From Saprospiraceae bacterium (GTDB lineage Bacteria > Bacteroidota > Bacteroidia > Chitinophagales > Saprospiraceae): DNA of 64,000 nt. The DNA lies in the NCBI GenBank assembly GCA_016713025.1, contig JADJPZ010000003.1, forward strand, positions 576,774 through 640,773, in the 5' to 3' direction. The notes under the pieces were generated by a model, which did not search any database, was not told the origin of the DNA, and saw only the letters and a list, made by a program, of their open reading frames with translations. A program made the translations under genes and the position numbers. Shown piece after piece: positions 49,109 through 57,673 of the stretch. Position 1 is the stretch's first letter, and each line of letters starts with the position of its first letter.

Positions 49109-52036
49109 ATCCTTCACAAAAGGCAACTTCTCCATCTTGCTCACTTCCAGGCTCGCGAAGCCGAAGTCATCGACTACCTTGCCTAGTACGATGTAGCAAC
49201 CTTTACCCTGAAATGCGTAAGCTTTCAGACTAGGTGGGAAGTGTACCGTGTCAAAGAAGTGTCCATCTACGTCGGTCATCGTACCGAAATTCATGAGATC
49301 GCCTTTGGAGGTGGTGACCCACTTGCGACAGACGTAGTAGCCGACCATACGGACGGTCTTGCCGATGTAGTCTTTCATTTGGGTGGCTCTGATGTCTCCG
49401 CGGAACTTCGTCTGGAGCAGGTCAAAGGGATTGCAGAGCGGAAATCCGAGCAGCTCTATCTCGTCGAAAGATTGCTCGTGCTCGGTCTCTGAGAGTATAG
49501 GTAGCGTGAAATTTTCCATCTCTGTGTCGAAGAGCATCTCCCCGGCATAGGCGTGTTTGATGAGCGGATTGTGGACAGCATTTTTTTCCCACATAAGTTC
49601 GTACTTGTTCATCCCTGTGAAGCGGAAAGCACCGATGCGGATGAGGATTTCGAGTTGCTCTTTGGAGATATTGATGCGATGGGTAAAGTCCTTGAGGCTG
49701 CGGTAATCGCCATGTATCTGGCGCTCTTCGACGATGGCGTGGGCGAGTTTTTGCTCCAGGTTGGCGAGGTGGACGAAACCAATGTAGATCGTGGTACCAT
49801 AGATATTGGTGAGGTAGGTAGAGTTATTGACGCAGGGTGCTTCTATCTTGGCACCACACATACGGGCTTCGTGGACGTACTGCTCCGTACTGTAGAATCC
49901 ACCAAAATTATTGATCACGGCGGTCATAAATTCGAGCGGAAAATAGGTCTTGAGATAGAGACGTTGGAAAGACTCTGCCGCAGAACTCGCCGAGTGCGCC
50001 TTGCAGAAGGAATAACCACTGAAACTCTCGATCTGCCGCCACACTTCCTTGCTGAGTTCGTCGGGATAACCACGCTCTTTGCAGTTTTTAAAATATTTCT
50101 CTTGTAGTCGATAGAAGGTGTCCGAACTCTTCTTTTTACCGGTCATGATACGTCGTAGCACGTCTGATTCATCAAGATCGAGACCCGAGAAATGGTGGAC
50201 GATCTTCATCACGTCTTCCTGATAGACCATGACACCATAGGTCTCGCCGAGATGCTCCTCAAATACCGGATGGAGATACGTATAGCTGTCCGGCTTATGA
50301 AAACGCTGTATGTACTCGCGCATCATACCCGACTGCGCTACGCCCGGGCGTATGATGGAGCTGGCGGCGACGAGATGTACGTAGTTATCGCATCGCAACT
50401 TGTGTAGCAGTCCACGCATGGCGGGCGACTCGATGTAAAAGCAGCCGATGCAGTGACCGGATCGGAGCTGGGTTTTGACGTTTGGGTCTTCTTTGATCTG
50501 TGCCACATTGTGTACGTCGATAGCCTTGCCCTGATTTTGTTTGACGAGATCAACGGCATCTTTGATATGGCCGAGACCACGCTGCGAGAGCACATCGTAT
50601 TTGTGGTATTCGAGATCTTCAGCTCCGTACATATCGAAGTGTACGATGGGAAATCCCTTGGGCATGAGTTGTAATGCCGTGTGGTAATTGAGTGGTTTTT
50701 CGCTGATGAGTATACCGCCGGCGTGGATAGAGAGATAATTGGGAAACTTTTCGATCATCTTGCCATACTTAAAGATGTGTTTGGCAAAAGGATGATGTTT
50801 GTCCACGGCCATAGGTTCGTCCACGATGGTGTCTATGTCCGCTTTGGGTAGGCCAACCACTTTGCCGAGCTCACGGATGATGGACTTGCCCTTGAAGGTA
50901 TTGTATGTGGCGAGCAAGGCCGTATGTTCTTTGCCATATCGTTTGAAGATGTAGTCGGTGACATCATCACGGTTATTCCATGAGAAGTCGATGTCAAAAT
51001 CCGGTGGTGAAGACCGATGTGGATTGATAAATCGCTCAAAATACAGGTCCAGCTCCAGTGGATCTACGTCGGTGATATTGAGATTGTAGGCTACGATAGA
51101 GTTGGCTCCTGATCCGCGACCTACGTGGAAGTAACCTACAGAGTGTGCATACCTTACGATGTCCCACGTGATGAGAAAATAAGCACAGAAGCCCATCTGT
51201 TGTATGACTTTGAGTTCACGAAGTGTACGCTCCATCGCTTTTTTATGCTTATCTCCAAAGCGTCTTTTGCACCCACTGACAGCGAGTTTGGTCAGAAGTT
51301 TGAAGTCATCCGTCTCATCACCAGTGAAAGTACGACGATTGTGGAGCTTTGTTGCCTCCATCTCTGTATGGCAAGTATCCAAGATACGTTGTGTGTTGGC
51401 AATGATGTGTGGATACTGTTGGAAGACATTTTCGAGATGACCTTTTGGGTAAAATATCTCAGATGACTTGGCACAATCTTTAGGGTCAAGCTTGCCGATG
51501 ACGATGTTGAGATCGATACAACGCAGCAGCTTGTGCGCCTTAAATCCATCCTCATCTGCGAAAGTCACCGGACTGAAGATGACGAGTTTGTCGGGATAAT
51601 TTTTGAGATAGGATGAGTACAGATGATTGACTTCTTCGGGTCTGATGCCAGCATATTCGTAGTCACGGAGCAGCTCCACACCTTTGGGTAGTTTGCGATA
51701 GATGATGTAGCAATGGTGAAGTTCGGGAGCTTCCTTGGGCAGTGGTTCGCCTGTAAGTGAGGACTCTGTGAGCAGGGAACAAAGCTCGCGCCATCCTTCA
51801 TCGTTTTTGGCTATGCCGAGATATAGAAACTCATTGTCCTGACGAAATTCTATACCAAGGATGGGTTTTATACCTTGCTCGCGACATGCACGTACAAACT
51901 GAAAAGCAGCGGAAGTATTGTTGATATCAGACATGACGAGACACTCCACGCCATAAGACTTAGCGATGCCAGGCAACTCTTCGGGAGCGAAGGTGCCGTA
52001 GCGGAGGCTGAAGTAGGAGTGACAGTTGAGATACAT
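49097..52036 (-). CDS. dnaE2: short DNA polymerase III alpha-type protein (error-prone DnaE2/ImuC-like, 979 aa)
   Basis: PHP start MYLNCHSYFSLRYGT, catalytic PDFDIDFS, FCKAHS; shorter than replicative DnaE; visibly GC-richer than neighbours. Confidence 0.7.
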   Translation of the reverse strand: MYLNCHSYFSLRYGTFAPEELPGIAKSYGVECLVMSDINNTSAAFQFVRACREQGIKPILGIEFRQDNEFLYLGIAKNDEGWRELCSLLTESSLTGEPLPKEAPELHHCYIIYRKLPKGVELLRDYEYAGIRPEEVNHLYSSYLKNYPDKLVIFSPVTFADEDGFKAHKLLRCIDLNIVIGKLDPKDCAKSSEIFYPKGHLENVFQQYPHIIANTQRILDTCHTEMEATKLHNRRTFTGDETDDFKLLTKLAVSGCKRRFGDKHKKAMERTLRELKVIQQMGFCAYFLITWDIVRYAHSVGYFHVGRGSGANSIVAYNLNITDVDPLELDLYFERFINPHRSSPPDFDIDFSWNNRDDVTDYIFKRYGKEHTALLATYNTFKGKSIIRELGKVVGLPKADIDTIVDEPMAVDKHHPFAKHIFKYGKMIEKFPNYLSIHAGGILISEKPLNYHTALQLMPKGFPIVHFDMYGAEDLEYHKYDVLSQRGLGHIKDAVDLVKQNQGKAIDVHNVAQIKEDPNVKTQLRSGHCIGCFYIESPAMRGLLHKLRCDNYVHLVAASSIIRPGVAQSGMMREYIQRFHKPDSYTYLHPVFEEHLGETYGVMVYQEDVMKIVHHFSGLDLDESDVLRRIMTGKKKSSDTFYRLQEKYFKNCKERGYPDELSKEVWRQIESFSGYSFCKAHSASSAAESFQRLYLKTYFPLEFMTAVINNFGGFYSTEQYVHEARMCGAKIEAPCVNNSTYLTNIYGTTIYIGFVHLANLEQKLAHAIVEERQIHGDYRSLKDFTHRINISKEQLEILIRIGAFRFTGMNKYELMWEKNAVHNPLIKHAYAGEMLFDTEMENFTLPILSETEHEQSFDEIELLGFPLCNPFDLLQTKFRGDIRATQMKDYIGKTVRMVGYYVCRKWVTTSKGDLMNFGTMTDVDGHFFDTVHFPPSLKAYAFQGKGCYIVLGKVVDDFGFASLEVSKMEKLPFVKDGRY

Positions 52037-52202
52037 CGACGATAAGGTTGAGATTAAGATTGAGACTAAGAATAGGGTGACAAAATTCAGCCTAATTTTA
52101 CACTTAGCTTCAAAATGTCGACTTAAACGTCAATATAATGACGATAAATCTGGCAAAGATAACAATTGCCATTAATTTATCAAATGTGAAGGATGAAATA
52201 TT

Positions 52203-52391
52203 ACCTAAAAATCTAAAATGATAATCTATTACGACCTCCAAATACTTCAAAATCAGTCGCTTTGCTCACTTTTAGCTTCGCACCATAGTGGTGACTACAG
52301 CTTAGCTGCACACAGTATGATTTGTCTCTAAAAGTGCTGATTTTCTTGTATTTGAAGCTCTCACTACGAATCTCATTTTAGATATTTAGGT
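52203..52391 (-). repeat. 189-bp palindromic MITE-like element, copy 2
   Basis: reverse complement nearly identical to 36165..36353. Confidence 0.9.
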
Positions 52392-52417
52392 ATTACAAAT
52401 TTACTAATATCAACATA

Positions 52418-53338
52418 CTAAATTCTGCCATCTTTTTTACTCAACGGGTGATATTTTATCATAGTCTCTCTAAGGTAATTTCTGTCCAGATGAGTGTAGA
52501 TTTCTGTAGTCAGTATGGATTCATGACCCAACATTTCCTGAACAGCTCTGAGATCCGCACCTCCTTCTACCAGATGGGTTGCAAAAGAATGTCTGAAAGT
52601 ATGCGGGCTAACCGACTTTCTGATTCCTGCTTGTGTTGCATATTGTTTGATCAGTGTAAAGACCATCACTCTGGTGAGACCTTTCCCTCTTCTGTTGAGA
52701 AAGAGCGTATCTTCATGATTTTTGGCAATGACGGGCAGAATTTTTCGTTCAGTATCTAAGTATAATAGAATATGTTTGATAGCTGAAGTGCCAATAGGAA
52801 TTAATCGTTCTTTATTGTTTTTCCCCAGTACTTTCACAAATCCCTGATCAGGAAAAAAATTACTTATCTTTAGTGTGATCAATTCAGAAACCCTCAAACC
52901 ACAGGCATAAAGAGTCTCCAGCATGGCGCGGTTACGCTGACTATGTGGCAGTGACATATCTATACTTCCGATCATATGGTCTATTTCCTCATAGCTCAAC
53001 ACATCTGGCAATGCACGCTGCAATTTGGGTCCTTCCAGTAATGAAGATGGGTCATTTTCAATAATGTCTTCCATCATCATATACTTGTAAAAAGCCCTGA
53101 TTCCCGAAATGATGCGAGCCTGACTTTTGGGCTCGAGGCCAAGATCATTGATATAATAAATAAAAGATGTCAGGTGGTCAGTTGTCAATTTATCAGGCGT
53201 AAGATCTATCTTGCTGATAATCACATATTCCATTAGTTTTTCAGCATCACGGATATAAGCCTCGATGGAGTGTGCCGAAAGTGACTTTTCAAGCAGTAGA
53301 TAAGCCTGGAAACCTTTCAAAGTGCTGTGCCAATCCAA
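52418..53338 (-). CDS. xerD: tyrosine site-specific recombinase XerD
   Basis: N-terminal SAM-like FQAYLLLEKSLSAHSIEAY, R...HTFRHSFATHL...LGH....TEIYTH catalytic set. Confidence 0.8.
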   Translation of the reverse strand: MDWHSTLKGFQAYLLLEKSLSAHSIEAYIRDAEKLMEYVIISKIDLTPDKLTTDHLTSFIYYINDLGLEPKSQARIISGIRAFYKYMMMEDIIENDPSSLLEGPKLQRALPDVLSYEEIDHMIGSIDMSLPHSQRNRAMLETLYACGLRVSELITLKISNFFPDQGFVKVLGKNNKERLIPIGTSAIKHILLYLDTERKILPVIAKNHEDTLFLNRRGKGLTRVMVFTLIKQYATQAGIRKSVSPHTFRHSFATHLVEGGADLRAVQEMLGHESILTTEIYTHLDRNYLRETMIKYHPLSKKDGRI

Positions 53339-53385
53339 ATATGTTAAGTATTTATAGAGTTAAACTTTTCAGTATATAATCTTAA

Positions 53386-53441
53386 ACCTAAATATCTTTA
53401 TGAATTCCGTTATGAAGATCAAAAGTACAATAAAATAACAC
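53386..53441 (+). repeat. truncated, diverged left end of the 189-bp element
   Basis: ACCTAAATATCTTTATGAATTCCGTTATGAAGATCAAAAGTACAATAAAATAACAC parallels the first 56 nt of copy 1. Confidence 0.6.
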
Positions 53442-53655
53442 TATCAATCGACTTAAATTAAAATTTCACCAAAATACACATCTAATCAATTGATTATCAA
53501 TAACCATTGTTTGTACAACACTATAGAACACCCCTTCATATGTAGCTACCCTTACTTTTAAAATATTTATATTGTGCAAAGGTGAATTGATAGCTTTCAT
53601 TCTTTTTGAAAAAATCAAAAAAGGTCAGCACATTTGACATTGAACACTAGGTTGA

Positions 53656-53685
53656 ACCTAAATATCTATAATGAGTTCCGTAGTG
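53656..53685 (+). repeat. second fragment with the ACCTAAATATCT.TAATGAG.T.CGTAGTG end motif
   Basis: read directly; diverges after about 30 nt. Confidence 0.55.
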
Positions 53686-53803
53686 GGGTCAACCTGCACG
53701 ACGTTTCGGTGAGGCAGGCTAAAAGCACAATTGAACCCGATGGATACATACCTTACAGGGTAAAAGCAGCATTTTGGACGACATATTCTATTATGTGATG
53801 CTT

Positions 53804-53901
53804 ATACCCAACAGAAAATGATTTGCAAAATTTATAAATCACAATTATTTGAAAATCTATAACTTGTGATTTAAATTTTTCGCACAATATTTTCTGTTCA
53901 C
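53804..53901 (+). repeat. ~98-bp palindromic intergenic element, copy C
   Basis: same termini (ACAGAAAAT / ATTTTCTGTTCAC) and core TGATTTAAATTTTTCGCA.AATATTTTCTGTTCAC as copy A. Confidence 0.75.
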
Positions 53902-54076
53902 TATTAGTTGAAGCACTGCTACTGCAAGACAGCACAAGTTAATTTGGTTGATTTCGGATTTTAATACAGTTTTAACATTTCTTAAATCAAATAATATTGT
54001 ACTTTTGAAGTTTAATAGTAACTTTACCAGCATTTTTTTAAAGGGACTTTTTTATACAATTAGTAAAAAATAAAGC

Positions 54077-56716
54077 ATGATCTTGCGTCAAAGTATAATT
54101 CCGGTTATTATTTCTGTTTTTTTTGTACACTTTTCTATAGCACAAAGTGCTTTTCACAGGACTTATGCTTCAGATAAAAACAAGGATATCGTGAGCATCG
54201 GTGGTATTCAGACCAAAGATGGCAATTACGTTTCGCTTGAACTCGAAGTAGAAAAAACACCGGATAAGTCTTTCAGATCAGATACCCTCATTGTCACGAG
54301 CTACATGCCAAAAGGAGACATCAACTGGTCCACAGCCATAGCCATAGATACTGCTTTCGGCCGACTCCAGCAAGCATTGGGTAACATCATTCAGGGAGAC
54401 AGGGATAGTCTGTTTTTCAGCCTGATCACTACGAAATCAAATAAACCATCAAAAATTATAGGCTCACTGGATATCGGTGGGAAAAACGGATGGATAAGGG
54501 CATACACTACTCAGGCAAACAGAATGGCAGACGGCACCGCTTTCAGTCATCTTTTGGCAAATCATAACAGATCCTTATTTTCCACTCATGTGGGTGGTAG
54601 CAGTACAGACCACGACATTGCACTCAGTAGAAAAAATTATGCCGGCAATAATATCTGGTCGAAACTTTTATCCGCAAAAGATGGAGCCGGTAGAAACATA
54701 ACTGAAAGAGTGGCCCATCTTTCTTTTGAAAAAGACAGCTCGCTGTTGCTTGCCGGCATAGTAGATACCTCCAATCTTACTGCTTTCATTGCGGTCACAG
54801 ATACTTTTGGCAATCTCAGGTGGAGCAAAAAGTACCGGACAGCCAATCCATCTCTTGATGGAAGATTGCATGGATATGGTGCTTTAAGACTTGCTGATTC
54901 CACTTATATTCTTACCGGAGTTTTGGCCAGAACCGGTCAAAAAGACAGAGGTTTTATCTTGAAAACCAGAAAAAACGGCGACGTGGACTGGGGTAGAACA
55001 ATCATGTTTAAAGCTCTTGACAATACCATCATCTCTCAAATCACTTTAGATACAAAAAACGATATCATCCTATCGGGTATCAATATGGACTCTATCGCTA
55101 AAAAGACTTTTATTTTTGTCATGAAAATAAAGCAGGATGGAAGCCTGGTATGGAATAAAAAATATACCAGAGTCGGTGGCAGATCTGAGTTTACCGGTAA
55201 CTTATTTGCCACAGCAGACGGAGGTTCAGCTTTGTTTTCATCTGCTATAGAGAGCCAGATGACAAAATCATCTTTTATCAAACTAAATGCCAATGGCAGT
55301 TCTACCTGTGAAGAAAATGTATCTGAACAAGTCCTTACCGCTGCATCATTTTTTGCGGATACATTGATCTGGACGACAGCAAATGCCGGAACAGTGGATA
55401 CCGTCACTTTTAAGACTAAACCCAACAATTATGATGTACCGGTATTGGCACTGAATGTCCGTCCCTTCTGCCCTAATGAACCGATTGACTGGACTTTCAA
55501 GGCAGGTACAAAAGGTGCCATTTTTTACGAGTGGAGTACCGGAGAAAAAGGACCAACTCTGGATACCTTAAGAGTATTTAAAACCGGAAAATATTCAGTC
55601 ACTGTGACTATAGGCGAAAAAGTATGCTTCATGCTATGCGATACTGTTGAATTAGCCAGATATGATAAGCCCCAGGCAGGTATGAATCTCGGATTGGGAA
55701 GCTTTTGTACTACAGGAAGACAAACCTTGGCTTTTTCTTATACACCTGGACATCCTCAGGTAAAATCAGTTGCCTGGAGCACAGGACAAAATACAAATAC
55801 TATAGAAATCGCCCAGCCTGGAAATTATTCTGTGACAGTAACGGACCAATGCGATGAAAAAGCTCCGGCTTCGACTTCAGTAGGTACTTTCCCGACAAAA
55901 ATTACAGCTGCTACCATAGCTCCCACCATATCTGTAGACTGTTTTACCGGACAGGCGACCGGAACCCTTACAGCAAATGGTAATTCTACAGGCCTCGGAC
56001 CTGAGACGTACAGATGGAGTACTGGCCAGGCAACAAAAGCCATTTCTATCAATAGTGCTGCGATCAGAACCTTTACCGTTACCATCACTGACGCGTGTGG
56101 AAGCACTGCCGCAAGTACCTACAATATGGAGCTGAAAGGACCCGGAATCACAAAAGCCAGCATAAGTATCAATAAAGATGGCATTTGCCAAACGAAAAAT
56201 ATTCGGTTAAATGCTTTGGCCGACAAGGTCGGTCAACTTAGATATGCCTGGTCAAACAGCACTTCTGCTGAAAGTATCAATGTCAATCAAACCGGAACAT
56301 ATTCTGTTACAATCACAGATGTCTGTGGAAATACAGGCACCGCAAGCGCAACGATTAAAGAGTCCGATCTGACACCACAGGATTTGATATATGCCAATGT
56401 ATTTTTCCCTGAAGGAGTCGGTGCCAGGTTTGAATCAGGGACAGATTCACTTGCCTGGAATGCTTTGAAATTAAACCGTACATTTGGTCCGGTCAATAAA
56501 CCGGAATTCTGCATAGACATTATTTCTGCCTATGAATTTTATGTATTCAATCGCTGGGGTCAGCAAGTCTTTGAGTCCAAAAATATAAAAAATGAATGGG
56601 ATGGCCGTATAGGCGAAAAAGATGCACAAAGCGATACCTATATCTGGGTAGTAAAATACAACATAAACGGATTTGAAAAAAAGCTCAAAGGCGATGTCAG
56701 TTTGATAAGGCAATAA
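54077..56716 (+). CDS. large secreted protein with Ig-like repeats and T9SS type-B (gliding-motility CHU_C) sorting domain
   Basis: signal peptide; four G.YSVT.TD.CG-type repeats; C-terminal YEFYVFNRWGQQVFESKN...WDG...YIWVVKY block. Confidence 0.85.
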   Translation: MILRQSIIPVIISVFFVHFSIAQSAFHRTYASDKNKDIVSIGGIQTKDGNYVSLELEVEKTPDKSFRSDTLIVTSYMPKGDINWSTAIAIDTAFGRLQQALGNIIQGDRDSLFFSLITTKSNKPSKIIGSLDIGGKNGWIRAYTTQANRMADGTAFSHLLANHNRSLFSTHVGGSSTDHDIALSRKNYAGNNIWSKLLSAKDGAGRNITERVAHLSFEKDSSLLLAGIVDTSNLTAFIAVTDTFGNLRWSKKYRTANPSLDGRLHGYGALRLADSTYILTGVLARTGQKDRGFILKTRKNGDVDWGRTIMFKALDNTIISQITLDTKNDIILSGINMDSIAKKTFIFVMKIKQDGSLVWNKKYTRVGGRSEFTGNLFATADGGSALFSSAIESQMTKSSFIKLNANGSSTCEENVSEQVLTAASFFADTLIWTTANAGTVDTVTFKTKPNNYDVPVLALNVRPFCPNEPIDWTFKAGTKGAIFYEWSTGEKGPTLDTLRVFKTGKYSVTVTIGEKVCFMLCDTVELARYDKPQAGMNLGLGSFCTTGRQTLAFSYTPGHPQVKSVAWSTGQNTNTIEIAQPGNYSVTVTDQCDEKAPASTSVGTFPTKITAATIAPTISVDCFTGQATGTLTANGNSTGLGPETYRWSTGQATKAISINSAAIRTFTVTITDACGSTAASTYNMELKGPGITKASISINKDGICQTKNIRLNALADKVGQLRYAWSNSTSAESINVNQTGTYSVTITDVCGNTGTASATIKESDLTPQDLIYANVFFPEGVGARFESGTDSLAWNALKLNRTFGPVNKPEFCIDIISAYEFYVFNRWGQQVFESKNIKNEWDGRIGEKDAQSDTYIWVVKYNINGFEKKLKGDVSLIRQ

Positions 56717-56976
56717 GAGTATGTTTGAACTTTTATCATTTGGTTCCAAGTGGCAAATTTAATTTTAGCCAGCGTTATATTTTTCGCCGTACCGCGTCAT
56801 GCTAAACTTGAGCTTCCGGATAGATTCAGTATTCGCTGCGAGCCGTTGTTCGCAGTTCATTCATTATTGAGTAAAGTATTTTACTCATTTCTCGTCAAAG
56901 ACGAGACCATTCAATCATCTTGTCCAAAATAAAATTTCCTCACTTTCACTCAAACGTAAAAATTTAAACATACTCT
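56716..56976. repeat. 261-bp element with 19-bp terminal inverted repeats
   Basis: AGAGTATGTTTGAACTTTT (56716..56734) vs AAAAATTTAAACATACTCT (56958..56976), 17/19 complementary; three internal hairpins. Confidence 0.65.
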
Positions 56977-57254
56977 AAGTAGTGCTGCATAAAACTAAAA
57001 ATTCAAAAGTCGCTGTTTTCCTTTTTGAAAATTAAATTGATTATGTCGATGGCAGATTCAATGTTCATTTTTACGTTTCTAAAAAATGATTTTCCAGTTT
57101 AACCTATTTCGCACATCCATCACACATTACCTTTCAGGTCATTTCTTTTCTTACAACCTACACTTCCGATCTCCATTCGACAGATTTATTTTATTTTTCG
57201 TCGATAAAAACTATGTGTTTGTATATAGTACCTGCTTAAAGATAGTACTATGTA

Positions 57255-57285
57255 TTGCATGGTACTATAAAATGTTATATCTTTG
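57255..57285 (+). promoter_or_regulatory. Bacteroidota-type promoter for padR-pspC operon
   Basis: TTG (57255..57257), 20-nt spacer, TAtcTTTG (57278..57285), 37 nt before the ATG. Confidence 0.45.
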
Positions 57286-57322
57286 TGTCGTTATTGCAAT
57301 TGAATCAAATATATAATATGAC

Positions 57323-57673
57323 ATGGAATTAAAAATTGAAAATACAAAAGCGCAGATGCGCAAAGGCGTACTCGAGTTATGTGTGTTGGCTATCATTGCA
57401 AAGGAAGAAGCATATCCTACCGATATCATCAATAAGCTGAAGGAATCCAAGCTCATAGTGGTAGAAGGTACGCTCTATCCTTTGCTCAACAGACTCAAGG
57501 ACGCCGATCTTTTACAATATACCTGGAAGGAATCCAAGTCAGGTCCTCCCAGAAAATATTACCAGATCACCACCCATGGCAATGAGTTTTTGTCAGGACT
57601 CAGGGAAACCTGGGAAGAATTAAATCACGCTGTAAATCAATCACAAAACAATACTAAATCAAATAAGAAATGA
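57323..57673 (+). CDS. PadR-family transcriptional regulator
   Basis: GVLELCVLAII....YPTDII..L........EGTLYPLLNRL....L...W......PPRKYY.IT..G. Confidence 0.9.
   Translation: MELKIENTKAQMRKGVLELCVLAIIAKEEAYPTDIINKLKESKLIVVEGTLYPLLNRLKDADLLQYTWKESKSGPPRKYYQITTHGNEFLSGLRETWEELNHAVNQSQNNTKSNKK

Noticed and set aside
49241-51801. Many 60-184-aa ORFs on both strands within the dnaE2-like gene (for example 49553..50107)
   Set aside because: They are a by-product of the higher GC of this gene, which leaves fewer stop codons in the other frames. They have no motifs and all overlap a strongly supported CDS.
52043-52065. Tandem TAAG.TTGAGA repeat just upstream of the dnaE2 ATG, considered as a regulator binding site
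   Set aside because: It is kept only as a note inside the dnaE2 finding. No known motif matches from memory, and it could be simple low complexity.
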